This document shows positions 1 through 12,357 of a stretch of 64,000 nucleotides of DNA, one piece after another. The stretch spans positions 412,309 through 476,308 of the forward strand of contig CM119270.1 in assembly GCA_051294375.1 (NCBI GenBank). Direction: 5' to 3'. The notes under the pieces were generated by a model, which searched no databases, was not told the DNA's origin, and saw only the letters and a program-made list of their open reading frames with translations. Position numbers and translations under genes: made by a program. Source of the DNA: Paraspadella gotoi. Taxonomy: Eukaryota > Animalia > Chaetognatha. Position 1 is the first letter of the stretch; each line of letters opens with the position of its first letter.

Positions 1-944
1 GGAGAAAGAGCTTCGAGAGATGAGAAAGAGAGCGAGAGAAACGAGACCGGAGAAGCAAAGAGAGACGAGGCAAAGACCGAGCATGAGAAAAGAGAGAGAG
101 ATAAAGAGCACGAGAAGAAAGAGGAGACGAAAGACGAGTCGAGAGAGACAAGACTGAGAGAGAAAGAGAGAGAGAAAAGAGAGCAGAGAAAGAGAGAGAG
201 ATTCCCCTTTTTCTTATTTTTTTAAATGCTTTTCTCTCAATCCACAGAAAAAAAAAATTCGGTATCTGGTTTTCGTTTTTCGCTTGAATCTTCTTATCCT
301 CGAGTTTTGCTCATTTAAAAGGAATCTTGCGCCTTGACGCTTTAAGAGTTCTGCTCTGTCGTCCGCTCCGCCCGTCCTGCCCGTCCGTCTCTTCCTTCGC
401 GCGTTCGCCGGTCCATCCGCTCCGATACGGTTGCATTATTTAACTCTGATTAGTGATCTATTTTTAACATTATTGATTGCTTGATTGATTTGATTGATTC
501 CTGTATCGATTAAGAGCATGGATTATGTTTCACTGCTTGAAATAAATTCAATTGAATGAATCAGGGATTCTTAAGATAGCAATAATACATTATATACTGA
601 AAATCTTTTTAGGACCGCTTGCATGTCTTATTAAACTGATTCATTTAGGACAGATTGATAGATGATTTATGACTTGAATTAGGAGATTATCGATTGATAG
701 AGATTTGATGCATTTGATTGATGATTGAATTCGACAGAGCTTATTATTTATATATAATTTGATTCGATCTGATATATCTTGATTTGAATTTATTGTATGG
801 CAGAGATTACTTGACTTGATCATTGATTTAATGACAGATCATTAATTCCGATTTTGAATATTGATGTGACTGATTGCAAAGATTTGATTGATTGATTGAA
901 TTCATTCATTCATGTCATTCATTAATTATACCATTATCTTCCTC

Positions 945-1543
945 TTTAAGCATGATTTCCTCAAAGACGGCAATCCGCAAGAAATGTCGAACTTCGCACT
1001 GATGTTCGGCATTCATTGCCAAAATCACTTCTATGACGAGCACAACCGATATGAAGTTGCTGCGGCCATATCTCGATTTGAACGGGTGGGGGGCGTGGCA
1101 AATAATCAATCTATCAATCATCAATAAATCAATCTATATTAAATCAATATTTGTAAAAATCCAGACTTCCAGAGCTTATTGTAAGCATACTAATTCTTTT
1201 TATAAATCAAATTATCAATATGTTAATTAATAATAATCAATTAAGCCAATCAATCAATTATCAAATAACTATAATAAATAAAAAAGCTCAGTTTCATCAA
1301 TCTAATCAATATCTATCAATCTCCAGGGTCTCTGCAACCGCACTCTGGCATCTCGACCTCTTACCGACGTGGGATTGAAGTGTCTCGGCTTGGGTGTCTT
1401 CTTCTTCATCGTTACTCAACCCTCAAGCAACAACAATTCTTGGATTAATGAATCAACAACTCACAACATTCCTAAACACGGGAAGTCGTGCGAACTCATT
1501 TCCTGCGGGATCCCCCGCTGGAGAAGGAGAACATTTCTTATCG
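945..1543 (+). pseudogene. Frameshifted mirror copy of the two LRR exons (probably a read-error copy rather than a true pseudogene)
   Basis: The same exons as 2877-2754 and 2504-2299 in inverted orientation (ccag|GGTCTCTGCAACCGC at 1327), with many indels. Confidence 0.7.
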
Positions 1544-1866
1544 TTCGGGTTTTGACGGGAGGGGGGGCGTGTGAGAGAGGGGGTCTTGAAGGGGGTTTAA
1601 GGGTTTTGAGGGTTAGTGGCCTAATTATGGGGTGTTGGTAGAGGTTGGCTGAGGGTTCGATAGAGAGGTCTTGAGGGTTGAAAGCGTTTTGAGGGAAGTT
1701 AGCAGCGGGCTGGAGGTGTCGGTAGTGAAGGGGTCGGCTCATTTATTGTCTCTTGTTTTTGAGTTTGAAAATTGTTTTAATTTATTTTAATGTGTCTTAA
1801 ACTTTCTTCTGTGTGGAAATAATATTAATACTTCTTTTTTTTTCTTTCTTTCTTTCTTCTTTCTTT

Positions 1867-1917
<51 letters not shown>

Positions 1918-2298
1918 NNNNNNNNNNNNNNNNNNNNNNNNNAAGAAAAAAAGAAAGAAAGAAAGAAAGAAAAAAGAAAGAAGTAATTAAATATTTCCAC
2001 ACAGAAAAAGTTTAAACCAATGTAAAATAAATTAAAACAATATTTCAAACTCAAACCAAGAGACAAATAATGAGCCGACCCCCTCACTACCACCTCCAGA
2101 CCCCTCTAACTCCCTCAAAACGCTTCTAACCCCCTCAAGACCTCTCTAACCCCCTCTAGACCCCTCAACCCCCTTAAGACCCCTCTAACCACCTCCAGAC
2201 CCCAATAACCATTTTAGGCCCCACTAACCCCTTCAAGACCCCTCTAACCCCCTCAAGACCCCCCTCCTCAACACCCCCCCTCCCCCTCAAAACCCAAC

Positions 2299-2504
2299 CG
2301 ATAGAAATGTTCTCTCTCCAGCGGGGGATTCCCGCAGAGAATGAGTTCCACGACTCCCGTGTTGTGAATGTTGTTGAGTTGATTCCAATCCAGATTGTTG
2401 TTGCTGAGGTTGAGGTAACCGATGAAAGGAAAGACCCCAAGGCCGGAGAGCACTTCCAATCCCACGTCGGAGAGGTCGAGATGCCAGATGCGGTTGCAGA
2501 GACC
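2299..2504 (-). CDS. Exon of a leucine-rich-repeat protein with an LRRcap-like GNP...YR end
   Basis: ccag|GGT start and CG|gttggg end. Translation: GLCNRIWHLDLSDVGLEVLSGLGVFPFIGYLNLSNNNLDWNQLNNIHNTGVVELILCGNPPLEREHFYR. It has LxLxxNxL repeats and a GNP..YR cap motif. Confidence 0.9.
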
Positions 2505-2709
2505 CTGGTGGGAGATTGATTAGATTGATTAGATTGATTGAATAACTGACTTTTTTATTTATTATATTATTTGATTAATTGATTGATTGCTTAGATTGAT
2601 TTATTGATTAATTAACATATTGATAGATTTGATTTATAAAAAGAATTAGTATCTTGACACATAGCTGTCTGGAAGTCTGGATTTATTTACAAATATTAAT
2701 TTAATTATA

Positions 2710-2740
<31 letters not shown>

Positions 2741-2753
2741 TTCCACCCCCCAC

Positions 2754-2877
2754 CTTCAAATCGAGAATGGGCAGCAACTTCATCGGTTGTCTCGTCATGA
2801 AATGATTTTTGCAATGAATCGAACGACAGTCGAAGGTCGACATCTCTTCGCCGATTCCGTCTTTGAGGAAAGTCAGT
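2754..2877 (-). CDS. Preceding exon of the LRR protein
   Basis: ctag|A CTG start and AAG|gtgggg end. Translation: LTFLKDGIGEEMSTFDCRSIHCKNHFMTRQPMKLLPILDLK. The phase-0 join to the 2504 exon is in frame. Confidence 0.85.
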
Positions 2878-3559
2878 CTAGAGAGAGAAGAATGAATGTA
2901 TGAATTAATGAATGAATGAATGAATCAATCAATCAATCAATCAATCTTTCAATCAGTCAGTCAATTATTCAAATCAATTAAATGATCTCTCATTAAATCA
3001 ATGAATCAATCAAGTAATCTCTCATACAATAAATCAATCAATATATCAATCAATCAAATTATATAATAATAATCTCGAATTCAATCAATCAATCAATCAA
3101 TCTATCAAATAATCTCTAATTCAATCAATAAATCAATCTATCAATCTGTCTATGAATCATTTAATCGACAATCACGTCTAAAAAGATTTTCAGTATATAA
3201 ATTATTCTATCTAAGAATCCCTGATTCATTCAATTAATTATTCAAGAAGTGAAACAAATCCATCTCTTAATCGATACAGGAATCAATCAATCAATCAAGC
3301 AATCAATAATTTAAAAATAGATCACATAATCAATTAAATAATCAACCGTCGGACGGATGGACCGGCGAACGCGCGAAGGAAGAGACGGACGGGCGGACGG
3401 GCGGACGGACGGACAGACAGACTATTAAGCGTCAAGCGCAAAATTCTTTTAATGAGCAAAACTCGAGGATAAAGAAATTCAAGCGAAAACGAAAACCAGA
3501 CGAATTTTTTTTTTCTTTGGATGAAAAAACATTTAAAAAAATAAAGAAAAAAAGGGGAA

Positions 3560-3591
<32 letters not shown>

Positions 3592-5319
3592 CCCTCGTCT
3601 TCTCCATCATTCCCATCCCCCGCACTCTTTCTCCCCTCTCTCTCTCTTTCTCTCTTTCGTCTTTATCTCTCTCTTTCTCTCCTCTCTCTTTCTCTCTCTC
3701 TTTCTCTCTCTCTTTCTCTTCTCTCTTTCTCCACACTCTTTCTCTCTCTCTTTTCTCTCTCTCTCTTTCTCTCCCCTCTTGTTCTCTAGTCTCTCTCTTC
3801 TCTCTCTCTCTTTCCTCTCTCCTCTCCTTCCTCTCTTCTCTTTTCCTCTCCTCTCTTTCTCGTGCTCTCTTTGTCTCTGCTCTCTGGAGACTTTTGGCTC
3901 TCTCTCTCCTCCTCTCCCTCTCTATTTTTACTTCTGCTGTATCCCCCTCTCTCTTTCCTCATCAATACCCCCTCTTTTCCTTCCCTCCCCTCTCTACCCT
4001 TTCCCCCCTCTTTTCGCCCTCCTCCCCTCTCCCCCGTTTCCCCGCTCTTTTCCTCCTCCGCCTCTCCCCCTCTCCCCGGCCTCTTGCTCTTTTCCTCTCT
4101 TTCGCCCCTCCCCCTGCTCCCTCTCTTTGCCTTCCTCTCCTCCCCCCTTCCACTGTTACCTGATGACGGAAAATATCCCCGGGCCACTTTATCACAGCTA
4201 CGATCTCAATAGATTTTCGTAAAGTTGGTTGAATTTATAAAGTTCCTGAAGCGCGATAGTCTGACCTTTAGAATATTTGGTTTTGGTTTGATCAAGGTTG
4301 ATTTTTGTTTATCAAGTTGTCATTTTTGACATAAATGATTTTTTAACTAACTTTTTTTGACATGGCGACTTTAACCGTTAGGTAAAATAGTTTTTTGAAT
4401 AAATATTTATTCTTTTCTACGATTTATTGGAAGCCTGCTTTTCATAGGATTTCATGCTGACATAGCTTCTTTCAATGATTAAAGTGAACTATAACTGGAT
4501 ACGTGGCATGCAGATTGACAGCATCATTTTCTCAGTACTTTCTTTTCATTTAAGTTCCGAAATTTTCATCTTTAAGGTCCTGGGGTTAACTAGGGTTAAA
4601 CGAAATTGAACTTGGATGGTATTTATAGTCAGGAGTATTTCCCATTTATTAGCCCCCTGTTGCGGTTTTTTGGCGGTTTTTCCATTTAAGAAAGAAATAG
4701 GCCTCACCCAGTTGACTAGTTCATGCAAATTAAGATAAAGTTAAATTCCATTTTTATTATATTTGACTAAAATAAATACCTAAAGCCTTCAGTGATTTAA
4801 ATAAATATATAAGATTTAAAGATATATTTTTAAGCTTTTCATCATATATTATGTTTTCAAAAAAAATTATTTTCTTCTAATGAGAAACCAAATTATTTAT
4901 CCGAGGAGGTCAGATCAAATTAAATTGTTTTGAAAATATCGAATACTGCATTTGAACATCTGCGTTACCGTAGGTTCTAGTATAATGCATTTAAATGTAC
5001 TTTAAATAGTCAGTTTTTCATATTTCGTGCTTACTATGTTTAAAGCGGATTCCTTCGGTTTTAAATATCAAAAGAGATATAAGATAAACAAACAGTAATC
5101 TTCGCAATTTTTAATTTTCTATATAAATTTAACTATAAAAAAAGGTTGAAAATCAAAACTTTGCCGGAAAATCAATTAAAATAGTTGTGATCAATTAAAA
5201 TATCAGGAATTATGCGGCAAAATGTCCAAAGCAAAACTAATATAGATTAGTCATAGATCATGTTGCTTAAGAACTAACAACGGGAACAAACAGTAAACAA
5301 CGACAAATATGGCAGTGTG

Positions 5320-5555
5320 AAACGTTCATATTCCATTCCAAAAGAAAAATTTTAAGTGAAATATATTGTTAATATTTATTTAATTTAATTCTTGTTTTTT
5401 ACTGACGACTAAACATGTTTCTCCTGTGCCATCTGTCAAAATGTCTGATAATCTTTTAAAAATTGGATTTTATTGTGAAGTCTCACATTTTTTGTTTTGG
5501 TACCGTTCACGCTGAGGTCGCCTAATGACCTACATACTTATTTTTTGCTTTACTT
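5320..5555 (-). pseudogene. Possible decayed Penelope-like GIY-YIG endonuclease remnant
   Basis: Frameshifted pieces KNKYVG / RRPQRERYQNKK / RHFDRWH / LKFFFWNG resemble the PLE YxG-T-R-L-ER-H...HF...H...L..P.GLN pattern. It lies downstream of a minus-strand hammerhead motif. Resemblance is by eye only. Confidence 0.3.
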
Positions 5556-6288
5556 TTTCAAGTCCAGTATGTACCGTCTCTCTTCTCCTCTCAATCTCTC
5601 TCGTCTATATATATATATACAATTTATCACATATAGAAAGAAAAGAAGGGGAGAAAGAGAGAGAGAAAATGAAGGAAATATATATATACTTCTCTCTCTC
5701 TCTTCTTCTGTCTGTATCTGTCAGTCTCTCTTTCTAAAATCAACATCTTCTTCCCGCTCTTTTGCCTCTCTCTCACACTCTTCTCCTCTCTCTATCTCCT
5801 CTTTCTTATCTGTCTCTCTCCTCTCTCTCTTTGTAGATGGCGCAGGATTCAGTTCACTCCAACGTGAAACGAATGAGAACCGGGAATGAGTTTGGCGGTG
5901 ATGTTGGCACCTGCTTAGTTGTGTATTGCTTTATTTAAAAGGCATTACTAAAAGCGCAATTTGTTTGGTTATTAGTTTATTAGTTTATTGTTTATTAGTT
6001 TATTTATCTTTAATCTTTTTCAAATTTCAAGTTTACCTAACTTATCTATCCTTGTTGTACATTAAAAATGTCATGTTTGCTCTCTCTCTCTCTCACTTTG
6101 CAAAATTGTCAAAAAACAACTTACTTCGCCCTTTTTCCCTGTCCTTATCTTCACCTGTTCGCTTACATCTGACGCACTGTCCCTTTTCTCGGTCAATTCT
6201 TTGTTGGAAATCTCTCTCTCTCTTTCTTCTCTCTATCTCTATGCTCACCCACTTACGTCTATGAAAGTTGTCCCAAAACAAGCCTGAA

Positions 6289-6335
6289 TGAGTGATGAAG
6301 ACTCAAAAAATGTAAGAGACGAAACATTTCCGTCA
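6289..6335 (+). ncRNA. Degenerate Penelope-type hammerhead ribozyme motif
   Basis: gTGATGA-agactc-loop-gagac-GAAAC-at-ttc-cgtca followed by AATAAAAATCG. The core C and the cleavage triplet are mutated. Confidence 0.4.
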
Positions 6336-6445
6336 CTGAATGTATAAATAAAAATCGTTGTGGATTAAACTTTCTTTCCACTTGTGTTTGAGTTATTTGA
6401 ATTAAAGAGCGAATCTTATTACGTCAAACGATTTTATTTTAATTG

Positions 6446-6485
6446 TACAGACTTTCGGCTTTCCATTCAAAGTTTCATCAGTGCT
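6446..6485 (-). ncRNA. Penelope-type type-I hammerhead ribozyme motif (pLTR-like repeat ~6400-6760)
   Basis: Minus strand reads AGCA CTGATGA aacttt gaatgg aaagcc GAAA GTC TGTA...AATAAAATCG. The surrounding ~350 bp is homologous to 40690-41130 and 43335-43810. Confidence 0.6.
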
Positions 6486-6538
6486 TTGAGCATTTCACAA
6501 TTTCAAATGTAAATCTAAATTGAACCTTTGGAGAGGAG

Positions 6539-6579
<41 letters not shown>

Positions 6580-7124
6580 AAATGGCAATCACAAAAAAGT
6601 GAGAACAGGACAGTGGGTGAAATGTGAGGAAACAGGTTTAAGTTGAAAAGAGAGAGAGAGAGAGAAGGGAAGCAGAGGTTAACAATTTGGAGTACCATTA
6701 AAATAAAGTCATTGATGTAATAAGACTTGGTCTTTAATCTAAATAATAAAATCGTTGTCACCATTAAAAACTTTAGTTTTTTCAAACTCCGCTACGTTAT
6801 ATTCAACTAAAAACGCATGAACGGTTATAATTCTTGCAATTTGCATATTTGTAGTGAAGAGATTTTAAAATAAAAAGGAAGAAAAACAAACAAATAGAAA
6901 CAAATATTTAATAAGAAAAAGTTATACAACTTATATAAATGAAAACTATAATATTATATACAGCATAAATCCCTTTTTTTAATTTTTAAAAAAAATAATT
7001 TTAATAGATATGAACTTAGATTGAGAGATTAAAGTTCTTAGTCATTATTAAAATGTCAAAAACGGATTTCTAGCGGTGGGTGGGATGTTGGCTCAATTAC
7101 CCAAAACTATTAAAAAAAAAAAGG

Positions 7125-8372
7125 AGTCGTTCTGGCTCGATAGCGAGGCCCTGTGATATTTTCCGTCATCCACCCTACTAAGCTCATATAGTGTAAGTGC
7201 GTTCTGGCTCGATAGCGAGGCCGCTGTGATATTTTCCGTCATCGCCACCCTACTAAGCTCATATAGTGTAGTCGTTTTCTGGGGCTCGATAGCGAGGCCT
7301 GTGATATTTCCGTCATGCACCCTACTAAGCTCATATAGTGTAGTCGTTCTGGCTCGATAGCGGAGGCCTGTGATATTTTCCGTCGATTCCACCTAACTAA
7401 GCTCAATATAGTGTAGTCGTTCGCTGGGCTGCGTAGCGAGGCGCCTGTGGATATTTGTCCGTCATCCACGCTACTAAGGCTCATATTAGTGTAGTCGTTC
7501 TGGCTCGATAGCGAGGCCGCTGCTGATATTTTCCGTCATGCACACCCTATAAGCTCATAATAGTGTAAGTCGTATCTGGCTCGATAGCGTAGGCCCTGTG
7601 ATAATTTTTCCGTCATCCACCCTATAGGCTCATATAGTGTAGTCGTTCTGCTCGATAGCGAGGCCCTGGCTGTGATATTTCTCCCGTCATCTGCACCCGT
7701 ACTAAGCTCATATAGTGTAGTCTGTTCTGGCTCGATTAGCGAGGCCCCGTGATATTTTCCGTCATCCACACTACTAAGCTCATATAGTGTAGTCGTTCTG
7801 GGCTCGATAGCGAGGCCCTGTGAATATTTTCGCGTCTCCACCTAACTAAGCTCAATATAGTGTAGGTCGTTCTGGCTCGATAGCGAGGGCCCTGTGATAT
7901 TTTCCGTCATCCACCCTACTAAGCCTCATATAGTGTAGTCGTTCTGGCTGCGATAGCGAGGCCCTGTGATATTTCCGATCATCACCCCTACTAAGCGCTC
8001 ATTAGTGTAGCTCGTTCTGGCTCGATAGCGAGGCCCTGTGATATTTTCCGTCATCGCACCCCTACTAAGCTCATAATAGTCGTAGTCGTTCTGGCTTCGA
8101 TAGCGAGGCCCTGTGTATTTTCGTCATCCACCCTACTAAGCTCATATAGTGTAAGTCGTTCTGGCTCGATAGCGAGGCCCTGTGAAATTTTCCGTCATCA
8201 CACGCCTACTAAGTCATAATAGGTGTAGTCGTTCTGGCTCGATTAGCGAGGCCCTGTGATATTTTCCGTCAATCACCCTAACTAAGCTGCATATAGTGTA
8301 GTCGTTCTGGCTCCGATAGCGAGGCCCTGTTGAATATTTTTCCGTCATCCACCCTACTAAGCTCATATAGTG
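7125..8372. repeat. Tandem array of ~17 x 70-bp units forming the right end of the element
   Basis: Unit: TAGTCGTTCTGGCTCGATAGCGAGGCCCTGTGATATTTTCCGTCATCCACCCTACTAAGCTCATATAGTG. I counted 17 unit starts. Differences between units look like read indels. Confidence 0.95.
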
Positions 8373-8858
8373 CTTCCCCGCTCCCTCTCTTTGCCTCGCC
8401 TCTCCCCTCCCCCTCTCCCCTGCCTCCCCCTCTTTTCCCCTCCCCTACTCCTCCCTGTCCCCTCCCTCTCCCCCAAACTACCGCCTGTTTTCTTCCAAAA
8501 TAATGTTATCCCAGGGATTACGGTTGTATGCAAATTAAGTCGTAATGTGGCAGTTTATATGCAAATCGCGTGAGACGAAAGCAATAGAAATCGTTTTCTT
8601 GATGATGCGAAACAGAGGACAGGGAAGACGACGACGACGACGACGAACGACGATGACGACGAAAACGATGGCGATCGATTATGACGACGACGACGATTAT
8701 GACGGACCGAGACGACGACGACGACGATGGCGACGATTATGACGATGACGAACCTCGACGACGGAGGACGATAACGAAGACGATGACGATGATGGCAGCA
8801 CCATAAAAAGACATTTTCCTTCTTTGTGAAGACCAGACGCAGAGAGAGAAAGAGGAGA

Positions 8859-8893
<35 letters not shown>

Positions 8894-9056
8894 GAGAGAG
8901 GATTGAGATGGAGAGAGATGAGAGATAAAGAAAGGATAGAGATAAAGGAAGAAGACTAAGTGTTCTTAAAGAATTATATCAAAAAACGGAGGAAAAGCTA
9001 AAAACATTTTGTGTTTGAAAAAGTTAAAAGAAGAAAGAGCAAATTGGTTAAAACTG

Positions 9057-9097
<41 letters not shown>

Positions 9098-9881
9098 GTC
9101 ATCACTAAAAAGAGCAAATTGGTTCAATCTGTCATCATCTGTGATATTTAAACTGTCATCTTCTGTGATACTTAAACTTATTAGTTGTTTAAAAGAATGT
9201 TTTTGTAAAGAGTACAAAGATAACTTTTTCACGTTCAAACTATCCTTAATTTCTCTTTATTCAGTCAGAAAAAAAATTCCCTGTGATCTTCTCACATTTT
9301 TAATTCTAATTCACCCCCACTTTCCTTTCCTCCCCCCACTCTCCCCGTGAATTACAAAAATGTCAATAATATTTTCAGTCTCAAATTCCATTCCCTTTTC
9401 ACATTCCTACTTTCACAACAAAGTAGTTCATTTAAAAGTCATTGTTATTTTATTCCTTCGCGCATTTTCCCCTCGACGTTTCACTGAAATAAAACTCACG
9501 TTCATTTTACTTTGGTCACAAATTCTTTATCACTAAAAATTCCGTCCTCCACTTCCTCTCTCTTCCTTCCCCTCCCCCTCTTCATCTTCCTCCTTTTCTT
9601 CCTCCCTCCCTCCCATTTCCCCCTCCCTCTTCCGTCTATCTATCTTCTTTCCTCCCTTACTCCCTTCCTCTTCCCTTATCCTTCTCTTCCTGCCCCTTCT
9701 CTCTCTTTCCTCCTTTACACTCTCTTCTTTCTTCCTCTTCCTCCCCCTTCTCTCTCTTTTATCCCTTACTCCCTTTCTTCTCTTCCTTCCTCTCTTCCTC
9801 CCTTCTCTCTCTTTCCTTCCCTTACTCCCTTTCTATTTTTTTCCTCTCTCTCCTCCCCTTCTTCCTCCTCCCTTCCCTTTC

Positions 9882-10112
9882 TCACTTGTATTTCCTCCCG
9901 TCCATCTCAAAGAATTCCTCTTGCTCTCCCCCTCCTCCTCCTCCTCCTCCTCCTGCCATTTGACCGCATAGACATCTCTCCATCATCGTGAACTCGTCCT
10001 CTTCCTCTTCACTCTGCGCCTTCTTCTTCTCCGTCTTCGACTCCAGCATCGCCCCAGCAGTCATCTGCTCCATCATCATTCGCTCGAGCCAAGTGGGTTC
10101 GCGACCCCGGCG
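9882..10112 (-). CDS. Exon 8 of an uncharacterised acidic protein (terminal exon, or phase-2 donor at 9886)
   Basis: caacag|CGC start. Translation: RRGREPTWLERMMMEQMTAGAMLESKTEKKKAQSEEEEDEFTMMERCLCGQMAG...EQEEFFEMDGRKYK. It ends AAG TGA, or alternatively AA|gtgaga. Confidence 0.8.
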   Translation of the reverse strand, partial: RRGREPTWLERMMMEQMTAGAMLESKTEKKKAQSEEEEDEFTMMERCLCGQMAGGGGGGGGGEQEEFFEMDGRKYK

Positions 10113-10352
10113 CTGTTGAAGGAGCGACAGAAAAAGGGGGTTGATAGTTAATAAGTAAGCAATCGACTTATTTATCAATAGTCAATCAATCAATCAAACA
10201 AACCTAAGTCTGTTATTCAGTCAATAAATCAATCAATCAATAAATGAAATCAATCCAATAAAATCAATCCAATCAAATCAATCAATCAATCTAATCCTTC
10301 AATCCAATCAATCCAATCCAATCGATCAATCAAAGGGTATTGTACCTCTTAC

Positions 10353-10448
10353 CCTCATCCACTGTTTCCAGACGACCTCCTCTTCCTCCATCTCCTCCCT
10401 GAATGCTTCCACAGTCTCTCCGTCTGGCGGATACCAGGGCTTCCTTCC
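10353..10448 (-). CDS. Exon 7 of the uncharacterised protein
   Basis: acacag|GGA start and AGG|gtaaga end; 96 nt. Translation: GRKPWYPPDGETVEAFREEMEEEEVVWKQWMR. Confidence 0.85.
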
Positions 10449-12219
10449 CTGTGTAAGGGATACATTCTTAGAATAATACTGATTGATGATTGAATTCAAC
10501 AATCTCATTTGCATATAGTAGGAAATTATTTCAAGACCCACTGTTTTAATATGCTTTTCTATATCGTTTAGAAGTGTGATTGATTCATGGATAATTCATG
10601 GATTGAGAGAAGATGCAACAATATTAAGAAATAACTAATGGTATATAATTCATCACCTGTGCTTCACTCTTATACCTGTCGCTCGAAAAAACTTCGCTTC
10701 ATGTCGGACCTTTTCTCCTCTTGTCAGTTTTGGGTATTAAAATTAAAAAAATGGGAAAGTAAGGTAGGGTAAGGTAAACAATATGTTATAAACACAACAA
10801 ATGAGTGAGACTAAACTGAGTAACTTAGGAGAATGATGAATATACAAATCTTGATTACAACAAAATGTTGATACATGTTTAAAGAATGGTGGTCGCAGGA
10901 TTGTGCCCACGTAGTATTGGGCACATAAAAATGCGCGCCCCGGATTGATTTATAAATATATCGATTCCTTAACAAACTATACTGATGATGGACTATAAAA
11001 AGTTAAAAGATAGTAAAAACTATTAACTGCATCATTTATGTATGATTGAAGATGCGATTATAAAGTTAAACAAACGAATAATGACGAATAAATTGAAAGG
11101 AAAAAGTTTTTAAAGAAGAAGAAAAAATGACAGAAAGTCAAAAAGAAAGTGGAAAAGTTGAGGGAAATATATTATTAAAATAGAACAAATAAATAAAGAG
11201 AGAGCGAGAGAGAGAGAGAGAGAGAGAGTTTTACTTGGGGTTACCGATAAGCGCTGCACCACAAACTTATGATACTTCTTCTTCCATTTTAAATCCGAAT
11301 GGAAGTTGGAATGAGAAATTATGTCACGAGACGAGAAAGAGAAGAGAGAGAGGATGAGAGAAGAGAGAGATGAGAGAGAGAGAGAGAGAGATTCTCTCAC
11401 TCTGCAGGGAGGGACTAATGGACTATCGACGTATTATAAAGAGGCTCTGCGGAATTCTCAGAAAACAAAAGGCATTTGATTCTTCTGGCGCCTTTAGTTT
11501 CAAATGTGGTTGGCAGAAAGAAATAAATGTACAGAAGATAAAAGAAAAAAAAAAGAATAAAAAAAAATTAAAAAAATAAAAAAAGAAAGAAAGAATTATT
11601 TGTCGTCATCAACAGCGTTGGTTCGCGGATTCTGTAGCGACTTTTGTCAGTGAATCTTTCTTAAAAATGACTTTCTTTTATGAAATTTTATGAAATTAAA
11701 ACCATTATGAAAATTATCCATTCATTTACTAAAATATGTTGATTGCAGACTTTTCTTACAATGGGTTAAGGCCTGCATACCTGGAACAAAATAAAGACAT
11801 ATCATGTCATAACGTATCATTGCATAACAGAGCATAACACAACTTGATACCTTGTATGATTGTTTATTTTTTAACTGGCATGAATAAAGAAATAATTTAT
11901 TGTCTAATATATCTCGTTTAAAAAAAATAGTAAAATTAAATAACTTGACAAGCAATATTATTTCAATTAAAATAATAAACGACGCAGTATATCTTAAAGC
12001 CAAGAAGATGCTACACTGTATAAAACTCTCTGCTCTTTTGTTTGAGAACGATTCGACTTAAAGTTTAAAGTAGAGGCGCCACTGCATCATTCAAGGAAAG
12101 AGTCGACGCTCGTAAATTGTAAAATTCTCTTTAGCCTTAGGTATAGGGTGGTCATTCTCTCTCGCTCTCTCTCTCTCTTCTGCACACATTCCTCCACCCT
12201 CTCAACATCCCACACTTAC

Positions 12220-12357
12220 CACTTCTTTGCCCACATCCGGCTCTTCGTGTCCATAGTAACCGAAAAAGTCTTCCAGATCAACTTCGTCTGCTGCTGATGG
12301 AATATCTGGAGTTTCGTTGTCATCGCGGCGAAATCTTGCTTTGTACTCGAGGCAGTC
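12220..12357 (-). CDS. Exon 6 of the uncharacterised protein
   Basis: gacag|GAC start and GTG|gtaagt end; 138 nt. Translation: DCLEYKARFRRDDNETPDIPSAADEVDLEDFFGYYGHEEPDVGKEV. Confidence 0.85.

Larger units (their letters stand above)
1..3780. repeat. Large inverted duplication (fold-back): 1-~1860 is a noisy reverse complement of ~1960-3780
   Basis: Example: 1741-1840 is the reverse complement of 1981-2080. The LRR exons appear on both arms. The left arm is full of single-base indels, the right arm is clean, and the centre is a (CT)n plus N gap. Confidence 0.95.
4151..8372. mobile_element. Putative non-autonomous or composite Chapaev/CMC-like DNA transposon
   Basis: Termini are CACTG...TAGTG. 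CTTC is duplicated at 4147-4150 and 8373-8376. The subterminal GATGACGGAAAATATC.C.GGGCC.C..TATC at 4162 is inverted relative to the right end. The CT-rich flanks are continuous across the insertion. No intact transposase was seen. Confidence 0.65.

Noticed and set aside
4160-4200. Hammerhead at CTGATGACGG
   Set aside because: No GAAA follows a stem II; the sequence is explained as the transposon subterminal repeat.
7125-8372. CRISPR-like array
   Set aside because: Units are head-to-tail identical with no unique spacers, the context is eukaryotic, and there are no cas genes.
10326-10360. Sac1-phosphatase-like RGTIP motif in the ORF track
   Set aside because: It lies beyond the AGG|gtaaga donor, so it is intronic read-through.
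12075-12100. TGA-as-Trp recoding in candidate exons
   Set aside because: Intact exons use TGG for Trp, and the neighbouring lesions include TAG and splice-site changes, which fits decay or sequencing error better.
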